Positions 1 through 10,038 are shown, counted from the stretch's first letter. The stretch is DNA of 34,244 nucleotides from Acidimicrobiales bacterium (GCA_036406775.1 DASXAI010000158.1:1-34244); one strand, 5' to 3'. Numbers and translations: made by a program. The notes: generated by a model from the sequence alone, not told the origin.

Positions 1-2
1 CC

Positions 3-3000
3 GGCAACATCTACATCGCCCATCAGGGCGTCGGCGACCGGGTGACCGTCTTGGATCCGAGCCTGAGCCAGATCGCTGAGATCCCGATCACGAACCCGTT
101 CACCCCGGTCGTCAACGAGACGACTCGGCGTGTGTACTTCGCGCAGACGTTCGGTGGCGGCATCGAGGTCGTCGACGCCACGACGAACACGAGGATCACC
201 ACGGTGCCGACCTCCGGCACCTCGACGATCGCCGTCGACGTCGACGAGACCCGCAACCTCGTCTACGCCGTCGATCGGTTCAACAACACGTTGTCGATCA
301 TGGACGGCGCCACCAACACGATCATCAACACGGTCGCGACCGGTCAGAACCCGCGCGATATTGCGGTCGACGAAGCGCTGGACAAGGTCTATGTGACCAA
401 TACCGACTCGAACTCTGTCTACGTCTACCAGGGGAGCACGGGCACACTCCTGACAGGATTCTCGGCTCCGGGCGCGACCGGCGTGGCGATCAATGGCCAG
501 GACCATCGCGCCTACGTGACGAAGTCCGACGGCACCGTCTCAGTCGTCGACACGAAATACGACGACGTCGTAGACGTGTTGAGCGGCGGTTCACCCGGGC
601 AGCCGTGGGACGTCGTCACGAACGCGGCCGCGCACCGTGCGTACTACACGAGTCTCAGCCAAGCCGTCACCGTGCTCGACGACCCGCCGGCCCCGGCCTC
701 CCAGATCGTCGGCGTGCCGAACAGCCCGGTCGCCGAGAGTGCCTTCGACGCGGCCACGGCCGGCCAGACGGTGTCGACCATCGACTTCGACGACGGGCTG
801 GTCTCCGATGGCCAACCGGTCGCGACCGCGTACAGCTCGCGCGGCGTCGAGTTCAGCGGCATCGTCGGACGATCGACGACCAGCTTCACGTACTCGCCTC
901 CCATGGGTGTCTGGCAGGCGAACTTCGGCGTAGGCCCGCCGGCCCAGATCGTGCTCAATTTCACTCAGCCAGTAGCGAGCTTCGGCTTCTACGCCAACGA
1001 TCTCGAGGCGGACGCGCGGTTCCGGCTCGTGTTCACGGACGGCAGCGAGGGCGCGTACGGCGCCCGGCCGCTCGGCGGGGGTGCCAACGCGTCGACCTTC
1101 TACGGCTTCACGATGGCGACGAACTCGATCTCGCAGCTGCGTATCTCGACGGGCGACTACTTCATCCTCGATCACCTGAAGCTCGGCCGGGCGACGCCTA
1201 CGTTCGAGTTGAGCGTGACCAGTGCGGGCTCGGGCGCCGGCTCGGTGGCGTCGACGCCCACCGGCATCGACTGCGGAGCGACCTGTTCGGCGGCCTTCGC
1301 CGAGGGCACGTCGGTCACGCTGACCGCGGCCGCCAACCCGGGTTCGTTGTTCTCCGGATGGTCGGGCGCGTGCTCCGGCGTCGGGCCGTGCGCGGTGACG
1401 ATGACGGGGCAACGGTCGGTCACCGCCACCTTCGACCCGGCGCCGATCGGAATCTCCGGCACCGTCGCGAACTCCAACGGCGAGCCCGTCGGCGGGATCG
1501 AGGTCGACGCCCTCGACAGCGGCTTCTCGTTCGTCGCCTTCGCCATCACCGACGCCGCAGGCCGCTACTCGATCGTCGGTCTGCCCCCGGGCAGCTATCG
1601 GGTGCAGTTCTCGGACGTCTCGGCGACGCGTCTGTACTCGACCCAGTACTACAACGAGCAGTCGAGCCCGGCCTCGGCGAACGTCGTCGTCCTCGCCCCG
1701 GGTGCGGCGGTCACGGGCATCGACGCCGTGCTGGTCTCCACGTCGATCTCGGGAACGGTCACCGACGCGGCGGCGGGCGTGCCGCTCGCGGGCATCGAGG
1801 TGGACGCCTTCATGGATGGCTCCAGCGTGGGCTACGCGTTCACCGATGCCGCCGGTCACTACACGATCAGCGGCCTGTCGCCTGGGACGTTCCAGCTCGA
1901 ATTCCAGGACCCGCGGCCCGTCCGCGTGTACAGCCCACAGTTCTACAACGGGCAGGCCTCCGAAGGCTCGGCCACGCCGGTCGCGGTCGCGTCGGGTGAG
2001 CATCTGACGGGCTACGACGCCGCCCTGGTGATCACGTCGATCTCCGGGACCCTGACGAACACGAACGGAGATCCGGTCGAGGGCATCCAGGTCGACGCCC
2101 TCGACAACGGTGACTCGAGCGTGGGCTTCGGCGTCACGGATGCCGCCGGCCACTACACGATGAGCGGGTTGTCACCCGGTTCGTACCGTGTCCTGTTCAC
2201 CGACACGTCCCAACCGGCGCGGTACAGCCCGCAGTACTACCTCGGGCGCGCCACGTTCGCGTCGGCCAACCTGGTGACGGTTGCATCCGGTCAGGTGGTG
2301 ACCGGCATCGACGATGTCCTCTCCAGCGTCGTCGTCACCGGCACGGTGACCGACAGCAACGGCGTGCCGCTCGCCGGCATCGACGTGTCAGTGCAGGGAT
2401 CGTCGGGGTGGGCGGGTGGAGCCTCGACCGACAGCGCCGGCCACTACCGGATCGAGGGCCTGCCGGCGGGCCAGTTCCATGTCGCCTTCCATGATCCGAG
2501 CCTCGAATACACACCGGACCGCGCCTCGTCGCCGTTCACGTTGACACTGGGTGGCGCGCCCAAGCTCGTCGACATGCAGTTCCCGGCGGTCAACGGTCCC
2601 GATGGCGACGGCGTCCCGGCCCGGACCGAGAATGGAGCGCCGAACAACGGCGACGGAAACGCCGACGGCATCGCCGATGCGACACAAGCCAACGTGACGT
2701 CCCTCCCCGATGCCGGCAACGACGCCTATGTCACCATCGCGAGCCCCGCGGGCACCGCACTCGTCCAAGTCGATGCCCTCCCGCTCTCCCTGCCTGCGCC
2801 GGCGGGTGACTTTCCCGTGGGCCTGCTGGCCTTCCGGGTCGACGGCGTCACGCCAGGGGCCTCGGCTGCGGTCCAGGTATTCCTGCCGTCGGGGGCGGCT
2901 CCGAACGCGTTCTGGAAGTTCCAGCACGGCGCGTACAGCCAGTTCCCCGACGCGGCGGTCAACGGCAGTGTCGTGACGCTGAGCCTTCAGGACGGTGGTC

Positions 3001-5030
3001 CGTTCGACGCCGACGGCAGCGCCAACGGATCCATCGTCGATCCGATCGCCCTCGGCACCGTCACCACCGTCGCCACAACGACGTCGATGTCGTCGACGGT
3101 GAATCCCTCGGTGGCCGGCGATCCGGTGGTGCTCACCGCGACGGTCACGCCCGCGTCCGGCGCCACCTCCCCGAGCGGCACCGTCGTCTTCACCATCGAC
3201 GGGGTCGACCAGTCGCCCGCCGTGGGCGTCGTGAACGGTTCGGCCAGTCTCCCGCCGATCACCACCCTCGGCGTGGGCAACCACACGGTGACGGCGCGCT
3301 ACACGCCGGCCGACGGCGGCTTCCTGGCCAGCGACAGTCTCGCCGCGCCGTGGATCCAGTCGGTCGTGCCCGGGCCGCTGCATCATCTGGTCCTCGCGCC
3401 CGCGTCGGCGAGCGTGACGGCGGGCGTGTCACAGCAGTACTCCGCCGAAGGGTTCGACGCCCTGGGTAACGATCTCGGCGACAGGACCGCCGGCACGGTG
3501 TTCACGATCGCGCCCAATGGCTCCTGCGCCGCGAACTTGTGCTCGGCCACGACCACGGGCTCCCACACGGTGACGGGAACGGCCGGACCGGCGACAGGCA
3601 CGGCCACGCTCCTGGTCGTCGCCCCGACCGCTCCCGGGGCGCCGACCGTGACGTCGGTGACCCCGAGCCTGGGGCAGATCTCGGTCGCCTTCGCGCCCGG
3701 GTCCGACGGTGGATCGGCGATCACCGGGTACACGGCGAAGTGCACGTCGAGCAACGGTGGGGCGACGAGGTCGGTGAACGGCGCCGGGTCGCCCGTCGTG
3801 GTCACCGCGTTGACGAACACGAAGACCTACACCTGCACGGTCACCGCCAAGAACGCCGTCGGGACCGGGCCGGCATCGGCGCCCTCGGCGGCCGTGACGT
3901 TGCCGGTGGCGCCGGCCGCGCCCACCGTGACGTCGGTGACCCCGAGCCTGGGTCGCATCTCTGTCGAGTTCGCCGCGGGTCTCGATGGTGGTGCTCCCAT
4001 CACCGGGTTCACGGCGACGTGTGTCTCCAGCGACGGCGGCGTGACCAAGTCGACGACCGGCACCGGGTCGCCCATCGCGGTCGCCGGGCTGACGAACACG
4101 AAGACCTACACGTGCACGGTCACCGCCAAGAACGCCGTGGGAACGGGGCCGGCCTCGGCCCCGTCGGCCGCAGTCACGTTGCCGGTGGCGCCGGCGGCGC
4201 CCACCGTGACGTCGGTGATCCCGAGCCTGGGTCAGATCGTGCTGGCCTTCGTCGCCGGCTCCGATGGCGGCGCTCCCATCACCGGGTTCACGGCGACCTG
4301 TGTCTCCGGCGACGGCGGCGTGACCAAGTCGGCGACCGGCACCGGGTCGCCCATCGTGGTCACCGGGCTGACGAACACGAAGACCTACACGTGCACGGTC
4401 ACCGCCAAGAACGCCGTCGGGACCGGGCCAGCGTCGGCGCCGTCGGCCCCGGTCACGTTGCCGGTGGCGCCAGCGGCGCCCATCGTGACGTCGGTGACGC
4501 CGAGCCTGGGCCAGATCGTGGTGGCCTTCGTCGCCGGCTCCGACGGTGGATCGGCGATCACGGGGTACACGGCGAAGTGCACGTCGAGCGACGGTGGCAC
4601 GGCGAAGTCCGTCAACGGCACCGCGTCGCCCATCGCGATCACCGGGTTGACGAACACGAAGACCTACACCTGCACGGTCACCGCCAAGAACGCCGTCGGG
4701 ACCGGGCCCGCCTCGGCCCCGTCGGCTCCGGTCACGTTGCCGATGGCGCCGGCGGCGCCCACCGTGACGTCGGTGACCCCGGGCGTCGGTCAGATCGTGG
4801 TGGCCTTCGTTGCCGGCTCCGACGGCGGCGCTCCCATCACCGGCTACACCGCCAAGTGCACGTCGAGCAACGGTGGCACGGCGAAGTCCGTCAACGGCAC
4901 CGGGTCGCCCATCGTGGTCACCGGGCTGACGAACACGAAGACCTACACCTGCACGGTCACCGCCAAGAACGCCGTCGGGACCGGGCCCGCCTCGGCCCCG
5001 TCGGCGAGTGTGGTCGTGCCCAACGCCTGA
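3..5030 (+). CDS. Giant secreted/surface multidomain protein; the 5' end lies outside the window. Domains: YVTN-type beta-propeller repeats, InlB-B-like repeat, 4 carboxypeptidase-regulatory-like repeats, calcium-type D-rich linker, Ig-like domains, 5 FN3 domains.
   Basis: The track ORF is 42..5030, but the frame stays open back to nt 3 (GNIYIAHQGVGDRVTVLDP...) and continues the YVTN-like repeat pattern (VYVTN, YAVD, ...GQNPRDIAVD). GC3 is high throughout. Recognisable modules include GSGAGSVASTPTGIDCGATCSAAFAEGTSVTLTAAANPGSLFSGWSGAC (InlB-B-like), ISGTVxxxxGxPxxGIEVDA repeats, and TYTCTVTAKNAVGTGPAS FN3 units. No LPXTG or other anchor at the C-terminus (ends ...SVVVPNA). Confidence 0.85.
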   Translation, partial: GNIYIAHQGVGDRVTVLDPSLSQIAEIPITNPFTPVVNETTRRVYFAQTFGGGIEVVDATTNTRITTVPTSGTSTIAVDVDETRNLVYAVDRFNNTLSIMDGATNTIINTVATGQNPRDIAVDEALDKVYVTNTDSNSVYVYQGSTGTLLTGFSAPGATGVAINGQDHRAYVTKSDGTVSVVDTKYDDVVDVLSGGSPGQPWDVVTNAAAHRAYYTSLSQAVTVLDDPPAPASQIVGVPNSPVAESAFDAATAGQTVSTIDFDDGLVSDGQPVATAYSSRGVEFSGIVGRSTTSFTYSPPMGVWQANFGVGPPAQIVLNFTQPVASFGFYANDLEADARFRLVFTDGSEGAYGARPLGGGANASTFYGFTMATNSISQLRISTGDYFILDHLKLGRATPTFELSVTSAGSGAGSVASTPTGIDCGATCSAAFAEGTSVTLTAAANPGSLFSGWSGACSGVGPCAVTMTGQRSVTATFDPAPIGISGTVANSNGEPVGGIEVDALDSGFSFVAFAITDAAGRYSIVGLPPGSYRVQFSDVSATRLYSTQYYNEQSSPASANVVVLAPGAAVTGIDAVLVSTSISGTVTDAAAGVPLAGIEVDAFMDGSSVGYAFTDAAGHYTISGLSPGTFQLEFQDPRPVRVYSPQFYNGQASEGSATPVAVASGEHLTGYDAALVITSISGTLTNTNGDPVEGIQVDALDNGDSSVGFGVTDAAGHYTMSGLSPGSYRVLFTDTSQPARYSPQYYLGRATFASANLVTVASGQVVTGIDDVLSSVVVTGTVTDSNGVPLAGIDVSVQGSSGWAGGASTDSAGHYRIEGLPAGQFHVAFHDPSLEYTPDRASSPFTLTLGGAPKLVDMQFPAVNGPDGDGVPARTENGAPNNGDGNADGIADATQANVTSLPDAGNDAYVTIASPAGTALVQVDALPLSLPAPAGDFPVGLLAFRVDGVTPGASAAVQVFLPSGAAPNAFWKFQHGAYSQFPDAAVNGSVVTLSLQDGGPFDADGSANGSIVDPIALGTVTTVATTTSMSSTVNPSVAGDPVVLTATVTPASGATSPSGTVVFTIDGVDQSPAVGVVNGSASLPPITTLGVGNHTVTARYTPADGGFLASDSLAAPWIQSVVPGPLHHLVLAPASASVTAGVSQQYSAEGFDALGNDLGDRTAGTVFTIAPNGSCAANLCSATTTGSHTVTGTAGPATGTATLLVVAPTAPGAPTVTSVTPSLGQISVAFAPGSDGGSAITGYTAKCTSSNGGATRSVNGAGSPVVVTALTNTKTYTCTVTAKNAVGTGPASAPSAAVTLPVAPAAPTVTSVTPSLGRISVEFAAGLDGGAPITGFTATCVSSDGGVTKSTTGTGSPIAVAGLTNTKTYTCTVTAKNAVGTGPASAPSAAVTLPVAPAAPTVTSVIPSLGQIVLAFVAGSDGGAPITGFTATCVSGDGGVTKSATGTGSPIVVTGLTNTKTYTCTVTAKNAVGTGPASAPSAPVTLPVAPAAPIVTSVTPSLGQIVVAFVAGSDGGSAITGYTAKCTSSDGGTAKSVNGTASPIAITGLTNTKTYTCTVTAKNAVGTGPASAPSAPVTLPMAPAAPTVTSVTPGVGQIVVAFVAGSDGGAPITGYTAKCTSSNGGTAKSVNGTGSPIVVTGLTNTKTYTCTVTAKNAVGTGPASAPSASVVVPNA
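1452..2627 (+). repeat. Four tandem 294-bp (98-aa) diverged domain repeats of carboxypeptidase-regulatory/Cna-B-like type, inside the surface-protein gene
   Basis: Unit starts at 1452, 1746, 2040 and 2334 (ISGTVANSNGEPVGGIEVDAL / ISGTVTDAAAGVPLAGIEVDAF / ISGTLTNTNGDPVEGIQVDAL / VTGTVTDSNGVPLAGIDVSV). Each unit is followed by TDAAGxYxxxGLxPGxYxVxF. The spacing is exactly 294 nt. Confidence 0.6.
3621..5027 (+). repeat. Five tandem, near-identical 279-bp (93-aa) fibronectin type III coding repeats
   Basis: The string accgtgacgtcggtga (atcgtgacgtcggtga in unit 4) recurs at 3645, 3924, 4203, 4482 and 4761, exactly 279 nt apart. At protein level: PTVTSVTPSLGQI.VAF..GSDGG..ITGYTAKCTSS.GG..KSVNG.GSPI.VTGLTNTKTYTCTVTAKNAVGTGPASAPSA.VTLP, x5. 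Confidence 0.9.
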
Positions 5031-5075
5031 CCCCTCCGTCCGGGGCGCGGCAGGGAGCGATGGAGGAGCTGATCG

Positions 5076-5753
5076 TCAGGCGGTGACGCCACCGAGGCCC
5101 TGGCCGAGGAGCTTGGCGCCCAAGAGAAGGAGCACGATCATGACGATCACCGCGTTGTTGTCGGCCATGAACTCCTTCAGGTGGCCAAGTGCGCCGGCCG
5201 CCTTCGCCGGCGCCACGAGGTAGGCGAGCACGGGGCCGACGACGGTGACGGAGGCGATGGCGACGAACACCACGATCGCGATCGCATCGTCACTGGCGCT
5301 GAGGCCGGCCTGAGCGATGGTGGCGGCGGCGGCCGCCGTGAGCGCCAGGTTCTTGGGATTCAGCGCCGACAGGAGCACACCGAGGCCGGCCGAAGCCACC
5401 GGCGTGATTCGGTCGACCTTGGCCAGCCACGTCGGCGTCTGTGGTTCCTCGCCCTTGCGGGGTCGCGAGCGCCACTGCCGCCGCGCCATGACGAGGAACA
5501 GCACCCCCAGCGCAACCTGGAACCAGTTGACGCCATCCGAGCTGGCGCTGTCGGGATCATCGGCCCCGCCGGCCACGAGCAAGACGATCACGCTCACGAG
5601 CACCAGTCCGACCACCCACCCAAGGGCGAACGCAACACCGTTGGAGCGACCCTTCGGTGTGCCGAGCATCAAGATGACGGTGATGATCGGAAGCGGGCTC
5701 AGGGCCACTCCGATGGCCGAGGGCAGCAGATTGCCGATCGCTTGACCGAGCAT
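5076..5753 (-). CDS. GAP-family (SfLAP-like) integral membrane protein
   Basis: 225-aa ORF with about 6 hydrophobic segments. The N-terminus MLGQAIGNLLPSAIGVALSPLPIITVILMLGTPKGRSNG... resembles the family I recall as 'GAP family protein'. High GC3. Convergent with the surface-protein gene. Confidence 0.75.
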   Translation of the reverse strand: MLGQAIGNLLPSAIGVALSPLPIITVILMLGTPKGRSNGVAFALGWVVGLVLVSVIVLLVAGGADDPDSASSDGVNWFQVALGVLFLVMARRQWRSRPRKGEEPQTPTWLAKVDRITPVASAGLGVLLSALNPKNLALTAAAAATIAQAGLSASDDAIAIVVFVAIASVTVVGPVLAYLVAPAKAAGALGHLKEFMADNNAVIVMIVLLLLGAKLLGQGLGGVTA

Positions 5754-5759
5754 CGTGAC

Positions 5760-6773
5760 TCACCCTGGGTTCGTCAGGAGTTCGGACGCGCGCGGCAGTT
5801 CTGATCGCGAGCGGTCCACCAGCAGGGGTGCGGCCAGCCGTTGCGCGATCGCCCCTGGCGGGGTGTCGTCGGGCGCCTCGAGGGCGTGCAGGAACGTCTC
5901 GACGAGCGCCTCGGGCTGATCGTTCTGGAGGTAGTGGTTCGCGTCCGGGATGAAGTACAGCGTGTTGCGTCCCGCCTTCTTCATCATGTACTCGTTCCAG
6001 ACATAGCTGATGACCCGGGGCGGCGACACAGTGTCGTAGACGCCCCAGATGAACGTCGTCGGGACGTCCATCGCGGCGAGCGCCGTCAGCCAGGAGTCCT
6101 CGTCCCGCGATCGCTCCACGAGGTACTGGATCGTCTCATGGAGCACCTTCAGGCCCTCGCCGTGCGAGAAGATCGCGATGAGCGCTTCGATCTCGGGGTC
6201 CTCGGGGCCGCGTGGTGGTGTGTAGGTGGTTTGACCCATCCCGACCGCGAGCTGCTCCGGCGTCCCTTGGGCCAGCAAGGCCGGGCCCGTCTGCGGGTCG
6301 AGCATGAGCCGCTGGGCCTGGGTCAGGTTCGACATCGGCAGGAAGATGTTCCCGTTCGTGATGAAGAGGTGCTCCAGGTTCACCCGTGAGTCGCCGCTCG
6401 TCGTGTGGATCATCGCGACACTGGAACCACGGTCATGAGCGAGCATGATCATCGACTCGAGGCCCAGTACCTCAGCCACGTAGTGCTCGAGCACCTCGGC
6501 GTCACGCATGAGGCTGTATCCCCACCCCAGCGGCTTGTCAGAGAAGCCGAAACCCGGGAAGTCCATCGCGCAGACGCGGTAGCGGTCACTGAGTCGCTCC
6601 GCGACCTCGATCCAGTCGATGCTGCTGGTCGGAAAGCCGTGGACCAGCACGAGCGGCGGCGCCGCAGCGTCGCCGAGCTCGACGTGGAACACCTGCACCT
6701 CGGGCGCGTCCTCATGGCGTGGACTCCATGAGAAGTAACTCCCCTTGCTTCGCCATACGTCGGCACGGTTCAT
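5760..6773 (-). CDS. Alpha/beta-fold hydrolase with an Asp nucleophile (epoxide hydrolase/haloalkane dehalogenase-like)
   Basis: The track ORF is 5760..6929. I start it at Met53 (ATG at 6773, MNRADVWRSKG...), which is preceded by an AGGAGG Shine-Dalgarno. Motifs: HGFPTSSIDW (oxyanion region) and AHDRGSS (nucleophile elbow with Asp). Confidence 0.85.
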   Translation of the reverse strand: MNRADVWRSKGSYFSWSPRHEDAPEVQVFHVELGDAAAPPLVLVHGFPTSSIDWIEVAERLSDRYRVCAMDFPGFGFSDKPLGWGYSLMRDAEVLEHYVAEVLGLESMIMLAHDRGSSVAMIHTTSGDSRVNLEHLFITNGNIFLPMSNLTQAQRLMLDPQTGPALLAQGTPEQLAVGMGQTTYTPPRGPEDPEIEALIAIFSHGEGLKVLHETIQYLVERSRDEDSWLTALAAMDVPTTFIWGVYDTVSPPRVISYVWNEYMMKKAGRNTLYFIPDANHYLQNDQPEALVETFLHALEAPDDTPPGAIAQRLAAPLLVDRSRSELPRASELLTNPG

Positions 6774-6906
6774 GACAGTGATCCTCCTGGTTCGAAGACA
6801 GTGGGTGAGGAAACGCGTCGTCGGCGTCGTGAGGCCGCGCGCGAATTGGTTCGTGGACCCGCCTCCGCCTGCTTCCGCGCGTGGGCGACGACAGTCCGGA
6901 CGGCTG

Positions 6907-8460
6907 TCAGCCCCTCTGGATCTCCACATCGATCAGATGGGGGCCCGGCTCTCTCAGCGCTGCGCTCAGGTCGTTCATGAGCGCAGCCGAATCGGCCGGC
7001 CTCGTCGCGGGCACCCCCATCCCGCGGGCGAGCGCCACGAAGTCGATCGGGGGTGTGGAGATGTCGAGCAGTCCCAGCGCCCGTGGGCCGGGCGTCTCGA
7101 CGCCGACCCTCGAGAGCTCGAGCTCGAGGATCGCGTAGGCGTGGTTCGAGCAGATGATCGTCGTGACATCGAGGCCCTCGCGCGCTTGGGTCCAGAGCGA
7201 CTGGAGCGTGTACATCGCACTCCCATCGGCCTGGAGCGATATGACGGGCCGGTCCGGGCAGGCGACGGCCGCGCCGGTGGCGAGCGGCATGCCCTGGCCG
7301 ATCGCTCCGCCGCAGAGGGTCAGCCAGTCGTGACGGGGCGCACCGGCAGTCGCGTCCGGCGCCCACACCCCTGAGGTCTGGGCCTCGTCGGAGACGATCG
7401 CCCCCTCAGGCAGCAGCGCACCGAGGGCGGCCGCCAACGCCGGGCCGGTCAACGCTCCGGTCGGCGGCGCGGGACGGGACGACGGCGCGACCGGAGCGGC
7501 GTCCGGAGCGGCGCCGACGGCGTCGGCGAGCGCCTCGAGCGCACCGACCGGATCATCGCCGTCGCCGGCGAGGATGATCACCTCACAGTCGTCAGGGACG
7601 AGGTCGCTCGGCTTCCCCGGGTACGCGAAGAAGCTCACGGGCGCCCTGCAGTCCACCACGACGAGGCGACGGAGGCCGGCCAGCTGGGCCGATGCGAACT
7701 CGGCGAGGTACGAGAGCCGTTCGAGTGGTGGCAATCCGGCGCCGCGCTCGAGGCGGGCCGGGAATGTCTCGCCCAGCACCTTGGCGCCCGATCGAGCCGC
7801 CGCCCGGTGGGCCGCGACGAGGCCGCGCTCGCGCACGGCCCGCCCGCCGATGAGCACCGCGGCCGGTTCACCCGAACGGAGCGCCCGGGCCGCCATGTCG
7901 ACGATCTCCTCGGGGACGCGTCCCGCTTCTAGCGGCGGGACGGGTGCCGCCGGGACGCCGCCGTCGTCCCAGGAGACATCGGCGGGGAGCACCATCGTCG
8001 CGACCCGACCCGGAGCGGACCGCGCGGCCGACACGGCTTCTGCCGCGTCGCGGGGCAGCGCGGCGGTGGAGGCCGACGACCGGAACCAGGCGGAGACGTT
8101 GCGGGCGAGAGACTCGATGTCAGAGGTCAGCGGCGCGTCGTAGTGGCGGTGGTAGGTGGCGTGGTCACCGACGAGGTTGACGACCGGTGTCCGGGCCCGG
8201 CGGGCGTTGTGAAGGTTCGCAATGCCGTTGCCGAGCCCCGGCCCGAGATGCAGGAGCGTGGCGGCCGGGCGGTCGGCCATGCGGCCGTAGCCGTCGGCCG
8301 CGCCCGTGACTACACCCTCGAAGAGTCCCAGGACCGCACGCATCTCCGGGACCGCGTCGAGCTGGGCGACGAAATGCATCTCGGACGTGCCGGGATTCGC
8401 GAAGCACGTGTCGACGCCGCACGCCACGAGCGTTCGTATCAAGGCCTGCGCACCGTTCAT
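6907..8460 (-). CDS. Thiamine-pyrophosphate-binding enzyme (acetolactate synthase large-subunit-like)
   Basis: MNGAQALIRTLVACGVDTCFANPGTSEMHF...LHLGPGLGNGIANLHNARRARTPVVNLVGDHATYH is a typical TPP N-terminal pyrimidine-binding domain. The C-terminal GAIGQGMPLATGAA...DGSAMYTLQSLWT is a TPP-binding motif. Start taken at Met11 of the track ORF (ATG 8460), which has a GGAGGTG Shine-Dalgarno. Confidence 0.85.
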   Translation of the reverse strand: MNGAQALIRTLVACGVDTCFANPGTSEMHFVAQLDAVPEMRAVLGLFEGVVTGAADGYGRMADRPAATLLHLGPGLGNGIANLHNARRARTPVVNLVGDHATYHRHYDAPLTSDIESLARNVSAWFRSSASTAALPRDAAEAVSAARSAPGRVATMVLPADVSWDDGGVPAAPVPPLEAGRVPEEIVDMAARALRSGEPAAVLIGGRAVRERGLVAAHRAAARSGAKVLGETFPARLERGAGLPPLERLSYLAEFASAQLAGLRRLVVVDCRAPVSFFAYPGKPSDLVPDDCEVIILAGDGDDPVGALEALADAVGAAPDAAPVAPSSRPAPPTGALTGPALAAALGALLPEGAIVSDEAQTSGVWAPDATAGAPRHDWLTLCGGAIGQGMPLATGAAVACPDRPVISLQADGSAMYTLQSLWTQAREGLDVTTIICSNHAYAILELELSRVGVETPGPRALGLLDISTPPIDFVALARGMGVPATRPADSAALMNDLSAALREPGPHLIDVEIQRG

Positions 8461-8508
8461 ACGGTCACCTCCAAGTTGACGATGAGGCACAGCAGCTGAT
8501 TTCGGGCA

Positions 8509-10038
8509 TCATCCACGGGCGGCGGTGACACGAGTGACGTAGCCGTGGCGCTCGCCGCTCTCGGTGGCGACGTAGTAGACGGCATCCTGGCCTATGAAGA
8601 TTTGCCCCATCGACGGTCGGCTGCCCCTGACCCTGGTCCGAGCGAGCTCGCGGCCAGAGCGCAGATCGAGCACGACGAGGTCGAGGCGGCACGTCCGCTT
8701 CGTCGGGCAGGTGCGGTCGTCGGTGTAGAGCTGTCCGTCCCGGCTGTTCACGGCCATCCCAGCTGACGACCGGATCTCGTCGTTCTCCCACAGCTTCACG
8801 ACGGATGATCCTCCGTCGCACACCAGGTAACCAGCGACGCGACCGGTGGCTTGGTCCTGCACGGCCACGACACCCGACCGGTACGGATCGCCGGCCATCA
8901 TGAAGAAGTTCCACCCCACCTTGGCGCCGCTGAACGCGTCCGTGCTGGTGAGCGGACCTCCGGCGTCAGTGCCCTGGGCGAATACCCGCATCGGCGTCTG
9001 CGCCTGGGGGCTGGTGTTGCTGGCGAACACCACACCGTCGCCCACGAAGAGGTCCGAGCTCGCCATCGTGTCACCCGAGCCGGGCACCAGGTAGGTCTGG
9101 GTCCAGCTGGTGTCCTGTTCGAATGTCGTCGCCGTGACGAGGAAGCGCACGGATTGGGTCTTGCCGGGGAAGTACACGTACTCGCCGTCCTCGGCGTCGA
9201 CGATCACCATGCGCGCCGAGGCGATCGCCGTCGACGTCGTGGACGCCTTGATCGACAGGTCGTCGGGATCGACCCGCAGCAGCATCCCCGGAGCGTCGTC
9301 GCCGCCGCCCGATGACGCCCACCCCTTGAGGATCAGGTCGCCGTCCGTCGTTGCGACGATGCCGTTGTAGGTCGTCATCGTGTTGGGATTGCCGGATGCG
9401 TCGGGAGGAAGTGGCAGCGGTGTCGACGAGACCTCGGTGAACGTCGCCCGGTCGATCTTGTGCAGCACGCCGCGGACGACCGCGTACAGGTACCCGTTGG
9501 CGTTCACGAGGAGTCCGCCGGTGTAGTTGACGGCTGTGCCGCCGGTGAGGGGCAGCACGTCGACCGCCATCGTCTTGGCGTCGATCTGCGCCACATATGG
9601 CGTGACTCGTTTCGAGGCCGCCAGTGTGCGGGCCGTCAAGGTCGGGATTCGTGCCGGCGACGCACCCAGCATCAGCTCCGTGAACATGTCGAGCAGGTAG
9701 GGCGAGCCGCCGATGACGTAGAGCTTGCCGCCAGTGCCGACGTAGCCCCAGACCGGCTCCTGGGGGAGCCGCGCCGTCGCCGTGACCAGCCGGACCTGGT
9801 CGACGTTCGCCGGCAGCCCGGTCGGCGCGGCGTGCGTGCGCCACACGTCGCCGTGCTCGGTCGGCCACGGTGTCGCTGCGTACGCGGGTGACGGCGGCGG
9901 CGGAGCGAGCTCGGGATCACACCCGGAGCCCTTTCCCGCGGAGGTCATGGGATCTCCTGACGCTTGCGGCACCACGAAGGCGACGACGGCAAGGGTCACG
10001 GTCAGCAGGATTCCGGTCGCGGCGCGCGGCAAGGACAT
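8509..10038 (-). CDS. Secreted protein of unknown function (signal peptide, beta-rich/propeller-like)
   Basis: The track ORF is 8509..10149. I start it at Met38 (ATG 10038, MSLPRAATGILLTVTLAVVAFVVPQASG = signal peptide), with GGAGGAAAGG upstream. The longer version would have to translate through the palindromic operator candidate. I recognise no family. Confidence 0.7.
   Translation of the reverse strand: MSLPRAATGILLTVTLAVVAFVVPQASGDPMTSAGKGSGCDPELAPPPPSPAYAATPWPTEHGDVWRTHAAPTGLPANVDQVRLVTATARLPQEPVWGYVGTGGKLYVIGGSPYLLDMFTELMLGASPARIPTLTARTLAASKRVTPYVAQIDAKTMAVDVLPLTGGTAVNYTGGLLVNANGYLYAVVRGVLHKIDRATFTEVSSTPLPLPPDASGNPNTMTTYNGIVATTDGDLILKGWASSGGGDDAPGMLLRVDPDDLSIKASTTSTAIASARMVIVDAEDGEYVYFPGKTQSVRFLVTATTFEQDTSWTQTYLVPGSGDTMASSDLFVGDGVVFASNTSPQAQTPMRVFAQGTDAGGPLTSTDAFSGAKVGWNFFMMAGDPYRSGVVAVQDQATGRVAGYLVCDGGSSVVKLWENDEIRSSAGMAVNSRDGQLYTDDRTCPTKRTCRLDLVVLDLRSGRELARTRVRGSRPSMGQIFIGQDAVYYVATESGERHGYVTRVTAARG

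Noticed and set aside
591-2153. Long ORFs inside or antisense to the surface-protein gene: 591..2153 -, 605..1999 +, 2388..3386 -, 3539..5086 + and several shorter ones
   Set aside because: They are Arg/Gly/Asp/His-rich low-complexity translations typical of off-frame reading of high-GC DNA. They fully overlap a frame with clear domain homology and high GC3.
3621-5027. The regularly spaced 279-bp repeats as a possible CRISPR array or satellite
   Set aside because: The repeats are contiguous with no spacers. They are in frame within a long ORF and encode FN3 domains.
8470-8505. Hairpin-like sequence GATGAGGCACAGCAGCTGATTTCGGGCATCATC as a fifth copy of the nested-hairpin element
   Set aside because: Only the 5-bp outer stem and a GAAAT string (on the minus strand) are shared. 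The inner arms are not complementary and the CGCC junction is missing.
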